From: a virus | Reading direction: 5' to 3' (one strand) | DNA length: 64,000 bases | Virus record (IMG/VR): IMGVR_UViG_3300035703_000041 | Location: 1-64,000 of that record | In this document: positions 27,683 through 36,102 of the stretch, piece by piece | Numbering within the stretch: the stretch's first letter is position 1 | Layout of the letters: every line of letters starts with the position of its first letter | Notes under the pieces: generated by a model | Seen by the model: only the letters and a program-made list of their open reading frames with translations | The model's database searches: none | Told to the model about the DNA's origin: nothing | Program-made: the position numbers and the translations under genes

Positions 27683-28305
27683 AAATGATTATACTATTTG
27701 GTCCTCAAGGATCTGGTAACCACTTGTTTGGTAAAATCTTTAGTATGCATCCAGCAGTGCATGGATGGAAAGATTCTTTAAAACCTGATGGGTATTTTAT
27801 TCCACACTATAAAGAACCCTTTAACTGGTATTGGAATAATATAGATAAGATCGACATTGATATAATGGGCGGTAAGGATTATGCTGTAACAAGTATTAGC
27901 GCGCCTTATATTGAAAACTGGTTACCTAAAATTCCACCTGTACATGATTTTATGAAAGCAGTAGAGAATCTTGGCATTACTGTACAGCCTGTTGTTATTT
28001 CAAGAGATCAAAACATTCTTACACATCAGCAAACACGAGTACGAGGCGGACCAACGTGGGGCTGCGTTACACAATTAATACAGCACATGATTACTCCACC
28101 ATTTTTTGTTAACCAAGAAGCACTTTATTTGTACCGTAGACATTATATCAGAAGTTTACAGCATTGGTTAGATTTCCCGTTGGCATGGGATGATCCACAA
28201 GTTGATGAAATTTTAAAACAAGATGCAAATGAAAAATATGTTCATGCCGCTGATAGTTGGTGGCTGGATGAGCACTTAAAAAACATTCTAACTCCCCCAA
28301 ACTAA
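27679..28305 (+). CDS. Sulfotransferase-like P-loop protein
   Basis: ILFGPQGSGNHLF..IF..HP; VVISRD. Confidence 0.5.
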   Translation: MKMIILFGPQGSGNHLFGKIFSMHPAVHGWKDSLKPDGYFIPHYKEPFNWYWNNIDKIDIDIMGGKDYAVTSISAPYIENWLPKIPPVHDFMKAVENLGITVQPVVISRDQNILTHQQTRVRGGPTWGCVTQLIQHMITPPFFVNQEALYLYRRHYIRSLQHWLDFPLAWDDPQVDEILKQDANEKYVHAADSWWLDEHLKNILTPPN

Positions 28306-28329
28306 TTTGACTTTTTAATAAATACTACT

Positions 28330-28923
28330 ATGGATATTAAAGACGCTATAAAAAATACCAAAACTATCTATATGAGTAATAGTAGTTTAAATGTATTACT
28401 TGATTTTGAGCGAGTTATAGATGAGCTCGATCTATATGTGTTTGATAATTGGGAAAAAGGCGAATTAGTTGAAGGCCCAGTTATTGAAAAATATTGGGTT
28501 AGATGTAAATTTATGTGGCCACGCAAAATGATGCCAGATCCAAATGGTGCTGAAAGATTGCTTCCATATGGATGTAAAGTAACTTATGAAAAAACTAACA
28601 TACAAATACCTACTAAAGTCAAAGAACCAGATGATTTTAGACCTGATGGTAGTCGCAAAGGCAAGTTAATTGAAGTTCCAGTTTGGTTAGTTGATATTAA
28701 AATGCCTAAAGAATTAATTGCAGATATTGAACAGGGTAGCTTAGAAATTGCTGGTGAAGATATGGATCTTGAAGATATCCAAAACGCTTACCAGCAGGGC
28801 ATTGATCAACAAGCCAATGTTCAAAAAGAAGATGAATCTAATTTTGCTCCAGAAGCTGGAGCAGAACTAGGTATGGGTGCTCCAGAACAAGCAATTCCAG
28901 GAGGACTACCAGGTGTCGCTTAA
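28330..28923 (+). CDS. Conserved late phage protein
   Basis: TAAATA at 28319-28324; LLDFERVID...NW..GE...GP. Confidence 0.65.
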   Translation: MDIKDAIKNTKTIYMSNSSLNVLLDFERVIDELDLYVFDNWEKGELVEGPVIEKYWVRCKFMWPRKMMPDPNGAERLLPYGCKVTYEKTNIQIPTKVKEPDDFRPDGSRKGKLIEVPVWLVDIKMPKELIADIEQGSLEIAGEDMDLEDIQNAYQQGIDQQANVQKEDESNFAPEAGAELGMGAPEQAIPGGLPGVA

Positions 28924-29446
28924 AAAATTGGAACTTAAAGATAGTATTTGGGATACAATACACGTTGACGAATACAAAGCTAAAATGGGTGATGACGCAG
29001 ACGTGATTGTTCTTAGCTTTAAGTCTAAGTATAAAGATCAAGCATGGGATCTAGTTAACTTTTTGGAAAAAGGGTATGAATGGATCCTTGATGCAGATGT
29101 TAGTGCTGGCGAATTAGAAGATGGCGGATACTTGGTTTTTATTGAAGCACTACGCAGACCAACTATACCTAATAAAATACTAAAACTACTCGATGATATG
29201 GCTAATTTAACTGGATTAAAACCAGAAGAATATCGCTTACAATACCATAAAGAAATAAGTTACGTTCCGTTAACTATGGAAAATATAACAAATAAGGTTC
29301 CATTAGAACCACGTAAGTATAAAAAAATGCATAAGAGTCAAGATGATGTTGAACTTGAAAATATGCAAATGGCAGCTGGGTTAGCACCTAAGACTGAAGA
29401 AACAACAGATCCTGAAATTAAGCACTTTGTTAATTTAAGCAAGTAG
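28913..29446 (+). CDS. Conserved late phage protein
   Basis: GTG 28913 after GGAGG; IHVDEYKAKMG...FLEKGY..ILDAD. Confidence 0.6.
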   Translation: MSLKKLELKDSIWDTIHVDEYKAKMGDDADVIVLSFKSKYKDQAWDLVNFLEKGYEWILDADVSAGELEDGGYLVFIEALRRPTIPNKILKLLDDMANLTGLKPEEYRLQYHKEISYVPLTMENITNKVPLEPRKYKKMHKSQDDVELENMQMAAGLAPKTEETTDPEIKHFVNLSK

Positions 29447-29447
29447 C

Positions 29448-29455
29448 TATAAATA
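29448..29455 (+). promoter_or_regulatory. T4-like late promoter TATAAATA
   Basis: Exact T4 late consensus in intergenic gap. Confidence 0.7.
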
Positions 29456-29484
29456 ATAATATAATAAAATAAAGGAGCCAACAA

Positions 29485-29802
29485 ATGGCTACTAGGAGAT
29501 CTGAAACTTGGATCCAGTATTACTGGCGCCCAGCAATGGCATGGCAATATTTTGTTGTTTGCATATTTGACTTTTTCCTTGCACCAATATTAACTGGGGT
29601 ATTTCACTATTTAAATGGTAGTGCATATGAACCATGGCAACCACTTACTTTAACTAACGGTGGATTATATCATTTAGCTATGGGAACAATAGTTGGCGTT
29701 GCTGCTTGGAGTAGAACTAAAGAAAAAATACAAAAAATGTTAATGGATGGTACTACTTTTGAGTCACAAGAAGAAACAACAACACAAACAATAAAAAAGT
29801 AA
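29485..29802 (+). CDS. Holin-like membrane protein (3TM/GTA-holin type)
   Basis: WRPAMAW.Y...DF, two or more TMs, G..AW.RT.EK. Confidence 0.55.
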   Translation: MATRRSETWIQYYWRPAMAWQYFVVCIFDFFLAPILTGVFHYLNGSAYEPWQPLTLTNGGLYHLAMGTIVGVAAWSRTKEKIQKMLMDGTTFESQEETTTQTIKK

Positions 29803-29815
29803 TTAGGGGAAATAA

Positions 29816-30391
29816 ATGATTACATTAATCTCTACGATATTTGGTGTATTATCAGGATTATTGCCAAATGTCATTAAAATATTTGAAAAAAGGTTAGATT
29901 ATAAGCATGAAATCGAACTCACTAAAATCAAAATGGATGCAGCTCGAGAAGGTCTCATACTACAGCTCCAAATTGAAGGCATTAAAGCGGATACTGCGGA
30001 GGGAGAATCTATTCGCAAGCATGATAGCGATATTGAGTATACTGGCTTTTGGGGAGCATTACGAGCTTCTATCAGGCCAACCATTACCTACGCTTTCTTC
30101 GCTTTATTCGTTGGCATTAAAATAGCAGCGTTTATGGTATTAGTAGATCGCGGTGCTTCACCAACTGAACTATTAACATTAGTTTGGGATAGCGAAACAA
30201 TGGCAATATTCTCAGCTATTATTGGTTTCTGGTTTGGTAGCCGCGCTATTGAAAAGTTTGGAAACTTCTATACTGGCACAACATTCAGTTTAGCTTCAAA
30301 ACAAGGTGTTAGCGCAGTTACAATGAATGCAAAACCTTTGTCTGTACCTGTTAAAAAAGCAGCACCAAAGAAGCGAACTAAAAGAAATTAG
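29816..30391 (+). CDS. Holin-like membrane protein (3TM/GTA-holin type)
   Basis: RASIRP.ITY...IIGFWFGSR; basic C-terminal tail. Confidence 0.55.
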   Translation: MITLISTIFGVLSGLLPNVIKIFEKRLDYKHEIELTKIKMDAAREGLILQLQIEGIKADTAEGESIRKHDSDIEYTGFWGALRASIRPTITYAFFALFVGIKIAAFMVLVDRGASPTELLTLVWDSETMAIFSAIIGFWFGSRAIEKFGNFYTGTTFSLASKQGVSAVTMNAKPLSVPVKKAAPKKRTKRN

Positions 30392-30435
30392 TTTTTACTT
30401 GCAGGATCACGCGCGATAGCATAAATTATTATATC

Positions 30436-31305
30436 ATGCGTGATCCTTATCAAACACTTGGCGTACAAAGAACTGCTACCCCTGAAGAAATTAAAGCAGC
30501 TTATCGTAAATTAGCAAAACAGTATCACCCTGATCTTGGTGGCGATCCTGAAAAGTTTAAAGAACTAAACGAAGCTAACGATATACTAAGCGATCCTAAT
30601 AAAAAAGCTCAGTATGATATGGGCGGGTTTAACTATCAAAACTTTAATCCTGGCGCACAAGCATATAGAAGTGGCACCCACTTCCACTTTGAGGACATAT
30701 TCTCAAACGAAGACTTTATGAATATCTTTGCTCAAGCAGCAGGATTTCCAGGTGGACGTCGCAGACCAAAAAATAGTAATATCAGGATTCGAATGAATGT
30801 TACACTTGAATCTATATTACAAGAACAAATCAAAACAATTGATATCAACACATCCACAGGCAGCAAACAAGTTGAAATCAAAATTCCTGCAGGCATTCAC
30901 GATGGAGCAATCATAACATATAGAGGCATGGGACAAAACACTTATTCAGATCAACCAGCTGGGGATCTAATGGTTGAAGTTACAATAGCACCACACGAAC
31001 GATTTGTAAGAATGAATGAAGATCTTCATTCAAACATCACGCTTGATTGTTTCAAGGCTACACTTGGTACTGTAATGGAATTTACAACTATTAGAAATAA
31101 AAGAGTTAAAGTAACTATACCAGCTGGTAGTCAAAATGGCACTGTGCTACGTTTGCCAAGTGAAGGATTGCCAAGTATGAATAGAAACAAATATGTTGGC
31201 AGTCAGTACTTAAAAATTAATGTTTCAATTCCAAACAATTTGACTAATGAACAAATTGATTTAGTAAAAAAGATCGTTGACATACAAAACGGTTTAAATA
31301 CTTAA
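30436..31305 (+). CDS. dnaJ: DnaJ/CbpA-type co-chaperone (no zinc finger)
   Basis: J-domain with HPD; G/F region; C-terminal IPAG repeats. Confidence 0.9.
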   Translation: MRDPYQTLGVQRTATPEEIKAAYRKLAKQYHPDLGGDPEKFKELNEANDILSDPNKKAQYDMGGFNYQNFNPGAQAYRSGTHFHFEDIFSNEDFMNIFAQAAGFPGGRRRPKNSNIRIRMNVTLESILQEQIKTIDINTSTGSKQVEIKIPAGIHDGAIITYRGMGQNTYSDQPAGDLMVEVTIAPHERFVRMNEDLHSNITLDCFKATLGTVMEFTTIRNKRVKVTIPAGSQNGTVLRLPSEGLPSMNRNKYVGSQYLKINVSIPNNLTNEQIDLVKKIVDIQNGLNT

Positions 31306-31321
31306 TAGTACAATATATCGC

Positions 31322-31349
31322 TTGACACTGTGTAAATCTGTACTATATT
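31322..31349 (+). promoter_or_regulatory. Sigma70-type promoter for clpA (late TAAATA also at 31295-31300)
   Basis: TTGACA-16-TATATT. Confidence 0.65.
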
Positions 31350-31379
31350 ATACATAACAACTTTAATGGAGAAAAACAG

Positions 31380-33650
31380 TTGGCACTTCAAAATAATCCA
31401 GAAATTGATCGGATCGTAGCACATGCTATTGATATTGCAAAAGCCGCTAGCCATAAACTAGTTACAACGGAACATTTGGCACTAGCATTAATTGTCAACG
31501 AAGGCTTTAGAAATGTCATTGAAGATGCCGGTGTTGATCAAAATTCGCTAGTTGATGAGATTTCTAAACACCTAGCACAACAAACTCACCTTATGGGCGA
31601 TGCAGTAGAACAGCCAAATAAAACACATGCACTTGAACGTGTATTCAATCGAGCATTTACACAAGTTCTGTTTAGCAATCGTCAAGTAATGCAACCAGTT
31701 GACTTGTATCTAAGTCTTAGCAATGAGACTGATAGTTGGGCTGCATACTTCTTTACCAAATATGGTATGGAAAAGTCTAAGATTGTAACTTCGCATAATA
31801 ACAAAAATGCGCGTGGCGGTAATTTAGATTCTTCTGGTGCGGATGCAATTCTAAAAGAGTATTGTACTGATCTAAATGAACTTGCTGAGAATAACGAAAT
31901 CGATCCAGTTATTGGTCGCGAAAACGAACTTACTGAGATCGCACAGATCCTTGCACGTCGTAATAAAAACAACGTGCTTATGGTTGGTGATCCAGGTGTA
32001 GGCAAGACTGCAATTGCAGAAGGGCTTGCACTTAACATTGTTAATAAAAATGTTCCAAAGTTCTTAAAAGACTGGCGTGTCTATAACTTGGACATTGGTA
32101 CATTACTTGCTGGATCTAAATTCCGTGGTGAGTTTGAAGAAAAGCTACGTGAAGTAATTAACGCTCTAAGTAAGAAGGGTAAGTCTATTCTATTCGTAGA
32201 TGAAGCGCACCAAATGCGCGGAGCCGGTTCAGGCGGACACAGCGATGTTGACTTCTCTAACATGATTAAGCCAGCTCTTGCAAAAGGTAAGATCAAAGTT
32301 ATTGCCTCAACTACGTGGGAAGAATACAGCACAAGCTTTGAAAAGGATCGCGCACTTATGCGTCGTTTCCATAGGCTTACTGTTGATGAACCTACTCCTG
32401 TACATGCTAAGGAAATCCTAAAAGGATTACGTCCTTACTTTGAGAAGTTCCACACTGCTACAATTACAGATGATGCTATTGAAGCAGCAGTTGATCTTAG
32501 TGTTCGTTATCAAAGCGATAAGAAGCTACCAGACAAGGCACTTGACTTAATCGACAGTGCTTGTGCTCGTGAGAAAGTAAAAGATCACAAGAATTTTGCT
32601 GTTACACGTGGCATGATTGTTGATGAGATTAGTACTGCAACAAAGATTCCAATTAGCCAAATTGATGCTAAGAGTGATGAAGTTGCTGTTGATCTTGAAG
32701 GTGCAATTAAGTCTAAGCTGTACGGACAAGATGCAGCAGTAGACAATGTACTTGAAAAGGTATATGTTGCTAAAGCTGGACTTAAGAGCATCAACAAGCC
32801 AATGGGTGTGTTCCTCTTCTTAGGACCAACTGGTACAGGTAAGACTGAGCTTGCTAAGTTGCTTGGTGAAAACATGGGCATGAAGCTACTACGCTATGAC
32901 ATGGGCGAATACCAAGAGAAGCATAGCGTTGCAAGGCTTATTGGTGCACCTCCAGGATATGTAGGATATGATGACGGTAACTTAGGTGGTGGTTTGCTAA
33001 TTAGCGAAATTACTAAAAACCCAAACGCAATTATCCTCTTTGACGAAGTGGAAAAGGCACATCCTGATGTTATGACAGCACTGCTTGCTCTCATGGACGA
33101 GGGTATGGTAACCGGATCAAACGGTAAGAAAGCTGATGCACGTAATTGTCTTGTTATTATGACAAGCAATCTGGGTGCTCAGGAGAGCGAGAAGAACAGC
33201 ATCGGTTTTGGATCTCCTGAAAAGAAGGGAGAGGACGATAAGGCGGTGCAGCAGTACTTCCGCCCAGAATTCCGCAACCGTTTAGATGGTATTGTTAAGT
33301 TTGGTAAGCTTGATCAAATGAGCTTGCGTAAAATCGTAGCTAAGTTCATTGTTGAGATTAATGAACTGCTTGGTGATCGTGGTATTAAACTACGTCTTGA
33401 TGAACCAGTAGTTGATTTAATTATTGAACAGGGCTATGATGCTAAGATGGGTGCGCGTCCTATTAGTCGTAAGATTAATGAACTCGTAAAAGTTCCACTT
33501 AGCCGCAAAATTCTCTTTGATAAGATCCCTGCAGGTGTTACACTTGTAGCGAAGCTTACTGATGGTAAAATTGAATTTGTACAACATGACGACAACAAAG
33601 TGGTAGGAGATGATGGAATTATCCGCGTTGATGGCTCGGTTACAATCTAA
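31380..33650 (+). CDS. clpA: ClpA-like AAA+ unfoldase
   Basis: Clp N-domain; GDPGVGKT and GPTGTGKT Walker A; IGF loop; no ClpB coiled coil. Confidence 0.92.
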   Translation: MALQNNPEIDRIVAHAIDIAKAASHKLVTTEHLALALIVNEGFRNVIEDAGVDQNSLVDEISKHLAQQTHLMGDAVEQPNKTHALERVFNRAFTQVLFSNRQVMQPVDLYLSLSNETDSWAAYFFTKYGMEKSKIVTSHNNKNARGGNLDSSGADAILKEYCTDLNELAENNEIDPVIGRENELTEIAQILARRNKNNVLMVGDPGVGKTAIAEGLALNIVNKNVPKFLKDWRVYNLDIGTLLAGSKFRGEFEEKLREVINALSKKGKSILFVDEAHQMRGAGSGGHSDVDFSNMIKPALAKGKIKVIASTTWEEYSTSFEKDRALMRRFHRLTVDEPTPVHAKEILKGLRPYFEKFHTATITDDAIEAAVDLSVRYQSDKKLPDKALDLIDSACAREKVKDHKNFAVTRGMIVDEISTATKIPISQIDAKSDEVAVDLEGAIKSKLYGQDAAVDNVLEKVYVAKAGLKSINKPMGVFLFLGPTGTGKTELAKLLGENMGMKLLRYDMGEYQEKHSVARLIGAPPGYVGYDDGNLGGGLLISEITKNPNAIILFDEVEKAHPDVMTALLALMDEGMVTGSNGKKADARNCLVIMTSNLGAQESEKNSIGFGSPEKKGEDDKAVQQYFRPEFRNRLDGIVKFGKLDQMSLRKIVAKFIVEINELLGDRGIKLRLDEPVVDLIIEQGYDAKMGARPISRKINELVKVPLSRKILFDKIPAGVTLVAKLTDGKIEFVQHDDNKVVGDDGIIRVDGSVTI

Positions 33651-34314
33651 GGGAGTCGAGGTCTCCCTTAGACCTAACTTTAAAAAGTACTACAATAGAT
33701 TTCCTCAAGTTATTCGTTTAAATGATAGAATAAATCAAGGCAATAGCCGTAATGGGTATTTGATTCACCAACATTTATCTAAACGTGTCTATGAAGATCT
33801 AAACAAAAAATTAACTAAAGAGGATTTTCGTTCTCGTCACGAATATTATGAATTAGTTATCTTTTGTTACGATGCAAAAAAGGTGTTATCATCAATAAAA
33901 ATGGACACACTTAAAGAATTTAATACGATCACTATTGGTATTATGGAAGATAAAGTTTTTGAAGAATCAAAAACTAAAGTTGATCTTCCACGAGCTCAAA
34001 CTGTAGTAGTTAAAAAACTACCACACAAGGGATATCGTTATCGTGTGTTTTGGCCAAAATCCGGCAAATTTAGAAAAATAGGCAAAGATGCACTTGGCGC
34101 AATTGTAGATCAAATTAACAATGATCCACATACACGACCACTAAGTGGAGTTGCGACTGATTATTTGAAAAGAGGAAGCTATTATGGGGGCACTTACTTC
34201 TATACTAATAGCGAAGATTTGTTCTCAATTATTAGTTTAATTGATTCTCGCTTCATTGCTAAGATTGAAAAGTTTACTACAATTGAGGAACTAAATGAAA
34301 AAACAGCTAGCTGA
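33610..34314 (+). CDS. Hypothetical protein
   Basis: 234-aa ORF. Confidence 0.5.
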   Translation: MMELSALMARLQSKGVEVSLRPNFKKYYNRFPQVIRLNDRINQGNSRNGYLIHQHLSKRVYEDLNKKLTKEDFRSRHEYYELVIFCYDAKKVLSSIKMDTLKEFNTITIGIMEDKVFEESKTKVDLPRAQTVVVKKLPHKGYRYRVFWPKSGKFRKIGKDALGAIVDQINNDPHTRPLSGVATDYLKRGSYYGGTYFYTNSEDLFSIISLIDSRFIAKIEKFTTIEELNEKTAS

Positions 34315-34696
34315 AGCTCTTATCAATAAGGGTATTATGAAGCCCGGTACACTACTGTATGGTTATACACAAACATCTGGGCTAGGACAAACACTACAAA
34401 CTCTTCCATTAGAATTAATGATGGAAGAGTTTGATGGAACTACATTTTATTGCAGAGATAGATTAGGAAAAAATTATACCATGCACATTAACGATGTACA
34501 AGAAGTTGATGGCATGGAACCAACGCGATTAGCAAGTGTGTTCAATATTAAAGCAAATGGCGAAAATAAAATTGCTGGTAAAAAGCGTGGACGTAAACCT
34601 AAAGTAAAAACTACGCAGTTAATGGAAATAAATACTGTGGAGGGAGAAATCCATGGCAAAGATAAACGAACAGAAGATAACATTCACATTGAGTAA
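34295..34696 (+). CDS. Hypothetical protein with AT-hook-like KKRGRKPK
   Basis: Motif near C-terminus. Confidence 0.5.
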   Translation: MKKQLAEALINKGIMKPGTLLYGYTQTSGLGQTLQTLPLELMMEEFDGTTFYCRDRLGKNYTMHINDVQEVDGMEPTRLASVFNIKANGENKIAGKKRGRKPKVKTTQLMEINTVEGEIHGKDKRTEDNIHIE

Positions 34697-34811
34697 GTTA
34701 GTACGCAACGGTGAAGAAAACGATGCAATACTAGATGATGAGATGCTCGCAACCTTATTCCAAGCGTTACAGGAAATGGTTGGTAAAGAAGTTCTTATCG
34801 AACTTGAATAA
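34653..34811 (+). CDS. 52-aa late protein (not in ORF track)
   Basis: MAKINEQKITFTLSKLVR; TAAATA at 34629, SD GGGAG. Confidence 0.55.
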   Translation: MAKINEQKITFTLSKLVRNGEENDAILDDEMLATLFQALQEMVGKEVLIELE

Positions 34812-34821
34812 CAGGTAAACA

Positions 34822-35652
34822 ATGACAGAAGAAGTAAATCAAAATCTTTCACCTGAGGAAGCGCAAAAGCAAGCTATAGAAAGATTACAAAAGATTCATA
34901 TCCATTTTGGTACTCCTTGTTATGGTGGTAACATTATGGAACCATGCTTTGCAAGCTATTTAAGATTTTCAATGTTAGCAATGAAGTATGGTATTAACTT
35001 CAGTGTTGATACTATGGTAAATGAAAGTCTTATTCCGCGAGGAAGAAATAACTTAGTAGCTAAGTTTTTAGCGAATGAAAAAGCCACACATCTAATGTGG
35101 ATTGACGCAGACATTCGTTGGGAACCAGAAGCTGTGCTACGCATGGCATTGTATAATGCCGGGGTAGTTTGTGGACTTTATCCTATGAAGGGTATCCCAA
35201 TACGATATGTATTAAACTCGTTGCCTGGTGGAAGGCGCGTTGGTCCTTTATTAGAAGTATCAACATCTGGCACAGGGTTTATGTTAATTAAAAGAGAAAT
35301 TATCGAACAGCTTATTGAAAAAATGCCTGAAACAAAATACAAGGATAGTTTAAATTTAGGCAAACAATATGAGCCATATATGTATGCGCTGTTTGATACT
35401 ATGATTGATGAAAATGGACATTACTTAAGTGAAGATTGGACCTTCTGCAAACGTGTTCGAGAAAAACTTAATGTTCCAGTTTGGGTTGATACTGAAATTA
35501 AATTAGATCATTGCGGCACATACACGTTCCCAGGTGATGTTGAAGTGATTAAAAAGCTTGCAGATGAATGGTCTGCAAACTTAAAAGATAATGCTGAACA
35601 GCTAAAAGCATATGAAAAAATAGAGTCAAATGCAAACAACCTTAAATCTTGA
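34822..35652 (+). CDS. GT-A fold glycosyltransferase-like protein
   Basis: TPCYGG, ESLIPRGRN, LMWIDAD, GTGFMLIKR, LSEDW.FC. Confidence 0.75.
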   Translation: MTEEVNQNLSPEEAQKQAIERLQKIHIHFGTPCYGGNIMEPCFASYLRFSMLAMKYGINFSVDTMVNESLIPRGRNNLVAKFLANEKATHLMWIDADIRWEPEAVLRMALYNAGVVCGLYPMKGIPIRYVLNSLPGGRRVGPLLEVSTSGTGFMLIKREIIEQLIEKMPETKYKDSLNLGKQYEPYMYALFDTMIDENGHYLSEDWTFCKRVREKLNVPVWVDTEIKLDHCGTYTFPGDVEVIKKLADEWSANLKDNAEQLKAYEKIESNANNLKS

Positions 35653-36064
35653 GCCAATTGAAATATCAATTGTTCTTTCAAGTACTTTTTGGAAGGATCC
35701 ACCAAAAGTTCGAACGTATATAGATGATAATTTAATATTTGATGGTGAAATAACTGATCAAAAAACTATCAAATGGGTTGGAGAACTAACAGAAGATAAG
35801 CATAAATTAGTTGTTGAATTATATGGAAAAGATAAGTATCAAACTATTTTAGAAAATAATAAAATAGTAAAGGATCAACTTTTAAACATAGAATCTATTG
35901 AATTTGATGAAATAGAAATTGGAAACTTAAAGCATTCATTATCAAACTATTACCCTGTTGATGTTCAAGAACCAATAAAAAATTGTGTAAATTTAGGATG
36001 GAATGGGCGGTGGGAATTTGAGTTTACTACACCCATTTACATTTGGTTACTTGAAAACATTTAA
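35630..36064 (+). CDS. Hypothetical beta-rich protein (related to 45658..45972)
   Basis: PPKVRTYIDD vs PPVYRFWVND. Confidence 0.5.
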   Translation: MQTTLNLEPIEISIVLSSTFWKDPPKVRTYIDDNLIFDGEITDQKTIKWVGELTEDKHKLVVELYGKDKYQTILENNKIVKDQLLNIESIEFDEIEIGNLKHSLSNYYPVDVQEPIKNCVNLGWNGRWEFEFTTPIYIWLLENI

Positions 36065-36102
36065 TACAAATAAATAGTCTATATACATTAATGGGCTATT
36101 AA

